From an uncultured virus (IMG/VR IMGVR_UViG_3300042402_002237) (taxonomy: Duplodnaviria; Heunggongvirae; Uroviricota; Caudoviricetes), in the IMG/VR virus record IMGVR_UViG_3300042402_002237: a stretch of DNA of 20,000 nt. The stretch is one strand, 5' to 3'. Below, piece after piece: positions 13,912-20,000 of this stretch. Position numbers and translations under genes: made by a program. The notes below the pieces were generated by a model. It did not search any database. It was not told where the DNA came from and saw only the letters and a program-made list of their open reading frames with translations. Each line of letters starts with the position of its first letter. Within the stretch, counting starts at the first letter, position 1.

Positions 13912-14078
13912 AAATCATCGGCGCATTTATTGTAATGATCACTGGGTTTTGGTTTGCCCAAGGGATGTTTGATCTGTATACGATCTTGTGGTTTGTATTT
14001 GGGCTAGCAATGCTCATACCAACAGAAGTTTATAAAACATTATGGGAGCTATATGAAAGAAAACGACATTCTAAGTGA
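13908..14078 (+). CDS. Small two-helix membrane protein (likely TTG start)
   Basis: GGAGAGG RBS, TTGA overlap, two hydrophobic stretches and a basic tail. Confidence 0.6.
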   Translation: MKIIGAFIVMITGFWFAQGMFDLYTILWFVFGLAMLIPTEVYKTLWELYERKRHSK

Positions 14079-14625
14079 CTACCTCAAGTCGCTGTACGGC
14101 ATCGAGCCGTTGACAGTGGAGGAAGAGCACGAGCTCGCCAAGAGGATTCAAGCAGGCGACGAGGGTGCACTTGAGCAGTTGATCAAGCACAACCTGCGCT
14201 TTGTGGTCTACGTCGTCCGTAAGATGACGGCGTGGAACCACGGCAAGGTGCCAGTGGAGGACATGGTCGCCATGGGTAACGAGGCATTGTTTACGGCGGG
14301 TCGTAGGTGGGTGCCTAAGAACAACGCACGCTTTGCCACATACGCCAAGACGTTTATTGAGAAGGGCGTACGGCGTGACCTAGACAACACGGCAAACATC
14401 ATACGCCTGCCAATCAATATCATGGAGCAGGTAAAGAAGTTAAACTATACCGAGCGCTCGCTATCCCAAGTACTGGGGCGTAAGCCCAAGACGCACGAGA
14501 TCGCCACGCTCATGGGCGTCACAGAGAGCAAGGTGCACCAGTTGCAGGGATACATCGCACGTGAGCCAGTATCGCTCGACCACATCAACCAAGAGAAGTT
14601 TACCGAGGAGCATTTAGATGATTGA
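14053..14625 (+). CDS. RNA polymerase sigma-70-family factor (regions 1.2, 2, 3; no region 4)
   Basis: DYLKSL...PLTVEEEHELAKRIQAGD (1.2), LIKHNLRFVV and RFATYA (2), IRLP and LGRKP..EIA (3); ends shortly after PVSLD. Confidence 0.92.
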   Translation: MKENDILSDYLKSLYGIEPLTVEEEHELAKRIQAGDEGALEQLIKHNLRFVVYVVRKMTAWNHGKVPVEDMVAMGNEALFTAGRRWVPKNNARFATYAKTFIEKGVRRDLDNTANIIRLPINIMEQVKKLNYTERSLSQVLGRKPKTHEIATLMGVTESKVHQLQGYIAREPVSLDHINQEKFTEEHLDD

Positions 14626-14965
14626 ACTAAACGAAGAACAACAGAGGGCATACGCACGCTTTATCAAGGCACGTGACCGAGTGGGACTGGGCGCCGTAAA
14701 GCCAAACAAAAATTACAGTTGGGTGCCCCTATCCGACTACTCATCGTGCGTGGACGTCGCGGGCATGAACCACCCACTATTTGTACAAAACGACGAGTGG
14801 CTCGAATACAAGGAGGCATTTGCCTCGTGGCTTGCAGTTGAGCCGGAGTTTAGAGACCGAGAGCGTATGCGCATGAGTCGGGGCGACTACGGCACGCAGG
14901 ACAGTTGGGAAGAGCGTGGCAACAAGGTAACGGACATCGTTAACAAGATCAAGGAGGAAAAATGA
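14618..14965 (+). CDS. Hypothetical protein
   Basis: GAGGAG RBS, overlaps the sigma stop. Confidence 0.75.
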   Translation: MIELNEEQQRAYARFIKARDRVGLGAVKPNKNYSWVPLSDYSSCVDVAGMNHPLFVQNDEWLEYKEAFASWLAVEPEFRDRERMRMSRGDYGTQDSWEERGNKVTDIVNKIKEEK

Positions 14966-15156
14966 GGGTGATACCAACCGACGTATTAGACAAGGACGGC
15001 AACCTAGAAAAGATCGAGTTTTATGACGAGCTCGGTGGATTCCAATTTCAGGCCATGTGGGACCCAGTCGACGAGCAAAACGCAGACAACCGACGTGAAT
15101 TTAGGGAGTGGGCCAATGGCATGGCCAAGCGCATGGACTACGAGGTAGTCAAGTGA
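14962..15156 (+). CDS. Hypothetical protein
   Basis: AGGAGG RBS, ATGA overlap. Confidence 0.75.
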   Translation: MRVIPTDVLDKDGNLEKIEFYDELGGFQFQAMWDPVDEQNADNRREFREWANGMAKRMDYEVVK

Positions 15157-15311
15157 GACGGGGCGATGACTACGGCGAGAAGATACGGCGAAAGTTCATC
15201 GAGCACGACCCCAAAATGGACAGGATGAGACGCACCGAGAACCTACTCCTGCTAATCCTGATCCTGTACCTCGGCGGGCACGTGATTTATGCCCTATTTT
15301 TCACAATGTGA
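15153..15311 (+). CDS. Small protein with C-terminal transmembrane helix (likely GTG start)
   Basis: GAGGT RBS, GTGA overlap, hydrophobic LLLLILILYLGGHVIYALFF. Confidence 0.55.
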   Translation: MRRGDDYGEKIRRKFIEHDPKMDRMRRTENLLLLILILYLGGHVIYALFFTM

Positions 15312-15495
15312 AACGAAGTGAGCTAAGTCATTGATGTTCGACGGGGATGCGGTACTTGCGGGGGTACTTTTACTATTTTTATGTTTTTTGAAAAATAAAA
15401 AATAAAGATAGAGCATAAACTGGAATAGACCCCCGCAACCCCCGCGAGCCCGTCAGACATCAAGGACTTACAGCAACTCATTTCACATTATGAAA
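15299..15495. repeat. Origin-like element copy B: 67-bp imperfect inverted arms around a 63-bp AT-rich core
   Basis: Arms 15299-15365 and 15429-15495 align without gaps; each has TTTCAYAATGTGAAA, an IHF-like CATCAAnGACTTA and GCGG iterons. Lies directly upstream of the primase-helicase gene. Confidence 0.82.
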
Positions 15496-15513
15496 TATTG
15501 GCACCTAAAATTT

Positions 15514-15522
15514 TGCATTAGT
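15514..15522 (+). promoter_or_regulatory. TGCATTAGT box upstream of primase-helicase (upstream box absent)
   Basis: Exact 9-mer shared with the three leftward promoters, 20 nt before ATG 15543. Confidence 0.55.
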
Positions 15523-15542
15523 AAGTGTGAAGAAAGGAACTT

Positions 15543-17855
15543 ATGACAGATAAACCAATTTGCCTCCCCGTACAGTTCGCCACGATACCACTGGAATTGA
15601 AACGCATTCCAAGGTGGGTACTGTGGCGCCTTGTCGAGGTAGGCGACGAGAACAACAAGCGGTGGAGTAAACTGCCAACGCAGACAAGCGGTCAACCTGC
15701 CTCGTCAACCAACCCAGCGACGTGGACAGACTTTCCGTCAGTCCAACACGCCTACGAGGAAGACCCCGAGAAGTTTGCCGGTATCGGGTTCGTATTCACC
15801 CAAACCGACAACCTCATCGGCGTAGACTTGGACGACTGCTTTGACCACGTCACGGCGCGATTCACAAATGCTGCACTGCAACATATCTCCGACGAGCTCG
15901 AGGGCTACCACGAGGTCTCACCCAGTGGCACCGGCATTAAGATATTTACCCGAGCCGACCTAGCGCACGCCCACGTCGACCACAGCCAAGGGCTAGAGAT
16001 CTACCCACAGGGGAGGTTCTTTACAGTGACGGGGCACTACCTAGGTGGATCGATACCAACCGAGGCGCAAGACCTATCGGCGTTCATACCCGAGCGTGCA
16101 CTGCACGTGACTGGGGATGCGTTCGCTGATTATGTACCACCGGTCGAGGGCTACGACCTGCACCGAGTTGAGACCGAGCTCTTAACTAAGCTCGACCCCG
16201 ACTGCGGGTACACGGACTGGATGGGCGTGGGCTTTGCGCTCTTCCACCAGTTCGGCGGGGACGTAGAGGCCTGCGAGTTATGGGATCGTTGGAGCTCGCA
16301 GTCCGGCAAGTACGCATCGACCGGCATGAATAGTTGCGAGTCAAAGTGGCGCACGTTCAAGAGTGGTGGCGCGACTCTACGGAGCATTATCTTTAAGGTC
16401 AATCAGAAAGAGAGGGCGGATGCGCTCGCTCGGGGCGAGATAGTACTCGACTCGGGCGCGATGAATCACGCACGTACCTTTCTCGACGCGCTCTACTCTA
16501 GCGAGGAAGGCTATCGCCTAGTGCACTATGCGGAAGACTTTTTTATACACGCGGGCACGCACTACGAGATCATCGAGGAGGCAACGATACGCTCAAAGCT
16601 CTACGCGTTCCTTGATAAGTGTAAGAAACCGGCTAAGGGTGGTGCCTTGGTACCGTTTAACCCGTCACCAGCGAGCGTCTCGGCCTCTATGGATGCGATT
16701 AAGTCGATTGTGCACCTACCTAATCATGCAAACACCAAGCCACCGATTTGGTTTGAAGAGTATCAGGCAAATAAGCCCGACGCGTCGAAGTTGATCAGCG
16801 TCAAGAATGGCCTCTTTCACCTAGAGGACAAGATCTTATTGCCACACTCGCTCGGGTTTTTTACACAGCACTCGCTACCGTTTCAGTACGACCAAGGCGC
16901 GACCTGCCCGCAGTGGGACGCGTTCTTACAGTCGATATGGGAAGACGATCAGGAGTCGATCGACGCACTGCAGGAGATCTTCGGCTACATCCTGTCGGGA
17001 GACACGAGACAGCAGAAGTTTTTTAACATAATTGGTCCGCGACGTAGCGGTAAGGGCACGATCAACAAGGTGCTCGTATCTCTATTCGGACAGCACAACA
17101 CTGTCGCGCCACAATTGGAGGAGCTCTGTGATACATTTGGCTTACAACCATGGCTTGGAAAACCCCTTGCCTCATTTACTGACGCTCGTGCACCTGAGCG
17201 TAATCGTAGCGCTGTCGTTAGCCAGTTGTTGCGTATTGTGGGTGGTGATACTGTCACCGTTAATCGCAAGAATAAGGAGGCATGGTCGGGCTATCTGCCA
17301 ACGCGTATCATCGTATACTCGAACGAGGCGTTGCAATTAACCGAGAACAGTAACGCGCTCACCGGTCGTATGTTGGTGCTACGCATGACCAAGTCATTCT
17401 ACGACAACGAAGACACCGACCTGTTTAACAAGCTATCCGGCGAGTTGGCCGGTATCTTTAACTGGGCCATGGCCGGACTTGATCGCAGACTGTCACGTGG
17501 CGGTCACTTTAGACAACCACAGTCGGGCAGACAGTTGTTGCTGTTGATGGAGCAGTTGGGCAACCCACTGAACTCGTTCGTCGAGGACACGTTCGTGTTT
17601 GACCCAACGTCGCAGGTTAAGAAGGACGACGTATTCCTGTGTTGGAAGAGGTGGGCGGTTAGACGTAGTTTGCCACCCGGCTCGGAGATGTCGTTCAAGC
17701 GCAGGTTCTTAGCGGCGACACAAGAGAAACGCATCGAGACAGGCGAGAGCCGAGCAGATGGTGAGCGCGTGCCAATTTACCTTGGCATACGATTTAACAC
17801 ATCGGCCGGCGAGTACTTAAAATCAGTCGAAACATTTGAAACGGAAGGATATTGA
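15543..17855 (+). CDS. Primase-polymerase (AEP) / PriCT-2 / D5-P4-type SF3 helicase fusion
   Basis: GVDLDDC and EVSPSGTGIKIF (prim-pol; K where His is common), YTDWMGVGFAL...WDRWS (PriCT-2), VKNGLF (D5_N), Walker A GPRRSGKGT, GGD.V...RK and SNE (SF3 motifs). Confidence 0.92.
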   Translation: MTDKPICLPVQFATIPLELKRIPRWVLWRLVEVGDENNKRWSKLPTQTSGQPASSTNPATWTDFPSVQHAYEEDPEKFAGIGFVFTQTDNLIGVDLDDCFDHVTARFTNAALQHISDELEGYHEVSPSGTGIKIFTRADLAHAHVDHSQGLEIYPQGRFFTVTGHYLGGSIPTEAQDLSAFIPERALHVTGDAFADYVPPVEGYDLHRVETELLTKLDPDCGYTDWMGVGFALFHQFGGDVEACELWDRWSSQSGKYASTGMNSCESKWRTFKSGGATLRSIIFKVNQKERADALARGEIVLDSGAMNHARTFLDALYSSEEGYRLVHYAEDFFIHAGTHYEIIEEATIRSKLYAFLDKCKKPAKGGALVPFNPSPASVSASMDAIKSIVHLPNHANTKPPIWFEEYQANKPDASKLISVKNGLFHLEDKILLPHSLGFFTQHSLPFQYDQGATCPQWDAFLQSIWEDDQESIDALQEIFGYILSGDTRQQKFFNIIGPRRSGKGTINKVLVSLFGQHNTVAPQLEELCDTFGLQPWLGKPLASFTDARAPERNRSAVVSQLLRIVGGDTVTVNRKNKEAWSGYLPTRIIVYSNEALQLTENSNALTGRMLVLRMTKSFYDNEDTDLFNKLSGELAGIFNWAMAGLDRRLSRGGHFRQPQSGRQLLLLMEQLGNPLNSFVEDTFVFDPTSQVKKDDVFLCWKRWAVRRSLPPGSEMSFKRRFLAATQEKRIETGESRADGERVPIYLGIRFNTSAGEYLKSVETFETEGY

Positions 17856-18001
17856 TGGACAACAAAGATGAGATGATGTTTTTTGCGGGTCTGGCGTTGA
17901 TGGGCCTAGTAGCGCGCGGAGAGGCACCAAGCTCCGCGTCTCAGCAGGCGTGGCAATACGCCGAGTTTATGATGGCCCACAAGCCCGATGGTAAAGTTTA
18001 A
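17855..18001 (+). CDS. Small hypothetical protein (48 aa, not in ORF track)
   Basis: TGATG overlap, AAGGA RBS; FAGLALMGL...AWQYAEFMM resembles a common small phage family. Confidence 0.68.
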   Translation: MDNKDEMMFFAGLALMGLVARGEAPSSASQQAWQYAEFMMAHKPDGKV

Positions 18002-18236
18002 CTTTCGAAGGACCACCCTGCGCAATGGGTTTACTACCATATTTGGTGGGGTGGGCCAACGGCGCACTGTGTTTATTAACAAAAACGCCAAGCCTAATCA
18101 TTACAAGCGGACTCGGATGCAGATGTACCGACGCGCGTCGCAGGGGTGGCGCAACCAAACCTACACGCGCCTGTGCGCGTTAAAATTATATGTGCGGTTT
18201 GGCAAACGTAAACCATCAAAACGTTTTAGGAGATAG
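17988..18236 (+). CDS. Highly basic hypothetical protein
   Basis: 82 aa, Arg/Lys-rich, fills the gap between co-oriented genes; weak RBS. Confidence 0.5.
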   Translation: MVKFNFRRTTLRNGFTTIFGGVGQRRTVFINKNAKPNHYKRTRMQMYRRASQGWRNQTYTRLCALKLYVRFGKRKPSKRFRR

Positions 18237-18237
18237 C

Positions 18238-18405
18238 ATGTACCACACAGTACAGGAGTACGAAGACGCAGTAAACCGAGTGCCGATGACCGAGGCACAG
18301 ATCAACGAGATGGTCACCACGCTAAACAAAACCAATCGGATGTGGAGCATGCGCGACTTTGTCAGAACAGTGGAGGAGCACCATGGGATCAAAAATGAAA
18401 ATTAA
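18238..18405 (+). CDS. Small hypothetical protein (start MYHTVQ)
   Basis: AGGAG RBS; MTEAQI...FVRTVEEHHGIK, a distant member of the local LTDEEI/FARAI family. Confidence 0.7.
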   Translation: MYHTVQEYEDAVNRVPMTEAQINEMVTTLNKTNRMWSMRDFVRTVEEHHGIKNEN

Positions 18406-18571
18406 AATGATTGACCCACCAAGCGGGTGGATGTACGGGTTTCCAAAAGAAATACCGGAGCACGTCGATGACACCTGCAAATGGTTAATTGACAATGGAT
18501 ATCCCGAGAAGTTAATTAAAGATCTTGGTGATAGTTTTTATGTACGTGGATGGTACGAGGAGATAGAATGA
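18395..18571 (+). CDS. Small hypothetical protein (IDPPSGWMYGFPK motif)
   Basis: Overlapping packing with both neighbours. Confidence 0.72.
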   Translation: MKIKMIDPPSGWMYGFPKEIPEHVDDTCKWLIDNGYPEKLIKDLGDSFYVRGWYEEIE

Positions 18572-18915
18572 AACCAACAGATGAATACGTAGTTTGTTCT
18601 TTAGAAGATGCTGAGGCATTTGCAGATAAACGAAATATAACTGTCACAGTGTCGGAAAGTGATTGGGAAATAATTGGCAAAGAAATAGGGGAGACAATGA
18701 AATCAAATTACGTGGCCGAGGCGCCGTACCATCCTGGCTATGAGGACGCCGTTATCACGGAACCAAAGCCATTTTTATGCGGAATCTACAAGTCAAAACC
18801 CCTTACAAATGAAGAGATTACAGAAGTCTTTGACAATACTTTTAAGGTGCGTGATTTTGAAGACGCGTTTTTAAAGTTTGCTAGAGCAATAGAAAAGGCG
18901 CATGGAATAAAATGA
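18568..18915 (+). CDS. Hypothetical protein ending in LTNEEI...FARAIEKAHGIK module
   Basis: GAGGAG RBS, ATGA overlap. Confidence 0.7.
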   Translation: MKPTDEYVVCSLEDAEAFADKRNITVTVSESDWEIIGKEIGETMKSNYVAEAPYHPGYEDAVITEPKPFLCGIYKSKPLTNEEITEVFDNTFKVRDFEDAFLKFARAIEKAHGIK

Positions 18916-19145
18916 ACAATGAACCAGTAGCGTGGATGGATGAAATAAATACTTTTGTGCTTGATGAAGATTACAAACAGTTTCCTAAATCTTTACAGAA
19001 TGGAATGATTCCACTCTATACCCATCCAGTAAAAGAACTAACAGATGAAGAAATACTGCAATTTCAAGACAAAGTTCCTTACACACTTGGTTCTGATTTG
19101 ATTGATTTTGCTAGAGCAATACTAAGAAAGGCACAAGAGAAATGA
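18912..19145 (+). CDS. Hypothetical protein (EPVAW...PLYTHP...LTDEEI...FARAILRKAQEK)
   Basis: ATGA overlaps; modular motifs shared with neighbours. Confidence 0.75.
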   Translation: MNNEPVAWMDEINTFVLDEDYKQFPKSLQNGMIPLYTHPVKELTDEEILQFQDKVPYTLGSDLIDFARAILRKAQEK

Positions 19146-19357
19146 ACGCATACGAATTAGCTGATGAATTGGCTTTTAAACATATAGCTGGTGATGATAG
19201 TGGTGCATTTAGTAGCAAGATAATTACCATGCTACGCCAGCAACAAGCCGAAATAAATAGATTAAAAACGCTGTGTATTTTGTATATTGACGATGAATGG
19301 TCAGGCACAAGTAGCTATCAAGCAAAAATTGATGAGGTTAATAATGAACGCAAATGA
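19142..19357 (+). CDS. Hypothetical protein (MNAYELAD...TMLRQQ module)
   Basis: ATGA overlap; N-terminus paralogous to the next gene. Confidence 0.72.
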   Translation: MNAYELADELAFKHIAGDDSGAFSSKIITMLRQQQAEINRLKTLCILYIDDEWSGTSSYQAKIDEVNNERK

Positions 19358-19808
19358 ACTAGCTGATGCACTACAAGAAACCGAACCATACTATTCAACG
19401 GATTATAAGTTGTTTGACAAAGCCGCCACCATGCTACGCCAGCAAGCAAAAGAGTTAGATGAAGCTGGGCATATGATTGGTGTGCTACGGGAACAGTTAC
19501 AAGAAGAAATACAAGCAAGAGCAGATGCATTAGATGATTTAAACAGTCGGATGATGAAGTTTATGAAGTCATACAACGAAATGGCATGGAAGTTAGAAGA
19601 AGTAGGCGGTGCGTATACCCATCCAGTAAAAGAACAAGACACAGATTGTCAGTATTGCAAACAAGGATGTATTCGTTGTGATGCTAGAAAGCAACTAACA
19701 GATGAGGAAATACAGCTTTTTATTAACGATGTTCGTGACTATGACATAGACACCCATGATTTGTTTGAGTTTGCTAGAGCAATACTAAGAAAGGCACAAG
19801 AGAAATGA
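19344..19808 (+). CDS. Mosaic hypothetical protein (start MNANELAD), with CxxCxxGCxxC
   Basis: GAGGT RBS before ATG 19344; combines modules of the two preceding genes. Confidence 0.72.
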   Translation: MNANELADALQETEPYYSTDYKLFDKAATMLRQQAKELDEAGHMIGVLREQLQEEIQARADALDDLNSRMMKFMKSYNEMAWKLEEVGGAYTHPVKEQDTDCQYCKQGCIRCDARKQLTDEEIQLFINDVRDYDIDTHDLFEFARAILRKAQEK

Positions 19809-19996
19809 AACGTAAAAAAGAAAACTTTAGATTCACCATCAAGACAATCAGCGAGAACGAGGACGGGTCGGCTAATTGTGAGGTGGAGATGGACGACTAC
19901 ACCAAGGGCAAGCTGATCGAGATCGGCGTCATCGCGATACTAAAAGAACACATCGCACAGGAGAAAATGAAACATGCAAAAGAAGCCTCCGTTTAA
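19805..19996 (+). CDS. Hypothetical protein (ENEDGSA motif)
   Basis: ATGA overlap, 63 aa. Confidence 0.72.
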   Translation: MKRKKENFRFTIKTISENEDGSANCEVEMDDYTKGKLIEIGVIAILKEHIAQEKMKHAKEASV

Positions 19997-20000
19997 GGTA

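Larger units (their letters stand above)
19107..19809 (+). repeat. 40-bp exact direct repeat (19107-19146, 19770-19809) plus shorter shared modules
   Basis: TTTGCTAGAGCAATACTAAGAAAGGCACAAGAGAAATGAA twice; partial third copy from 18877. Confidence 0.9.

Noticed and set aside
8196..15299. Transposon or recombinase-driven invertible element bounded by the inverted repeats
   Set aside because: No transposase or recombinase gene is recognisable inside or nearby, and the repeat's internal structure fits an origin better. Homology-driven inversion remains possible.
15498..15517. Sigma-54 promoter-like TTGGCAC...TTGCA
   Set aside because: GG-to-GC spacing is 13 nt rather than the strict 10 nt; the TGCA belongs to the TGCATTAGT box.
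9367..19642. Minus-strand and off-frame ORFs over the early/replication region (e.g. 9367-9903, 11100-11435, 13249-13593, 16985-17269)
   Set aside because: Shadows of a tightly coupled plus-strand gene chain that has clear RBSs and overlaps.

Overview
A 20 kb piece of a tailed-phage (Caudoviricetes) genome, probably from a proteobacterial host (inferred from the host regulator sites it carries). The minus strand (1-7957) holds a packaging/head module: a hypothetical gene, a free-standing degenerate intein-like ORF, large terminase, a small virion-type protein, a 915-aa portal, two small genes, GroES and a truncated scaffold-like gene. The plus strand (9032-19996) holds about 25 small early genes, a sigma-70-family factor lacking region 4, a primase-polymerase/SF3 helicase and a low-GC cluster of modular small genes. 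The non-coding DNA is the most notable part. (1) The ~1 kb divergent gap is packed with matches to host transcription-factor operators (three NtrC boxes, a CIRCE/HrcA element, MraZ repeats, OxyR-, IscR- and IHF-like sites, plus unassigned palindromes), suggesting a regulator decoy or sensing array. (2) Two complete type II hammerhead ribozymes exactly bracket a putative cysteine-peptidase gene. (3) An origin-like element (AT-rich core between inverted iterons) occurs twice, 7.3 kb apart, with the core flipped. (4) A bipartite TAGGGCGGAT-N13-TGCATTAGT motif is probably the phage sigma promoter. All assignments come from reading the sequence by eye; no searches were run.
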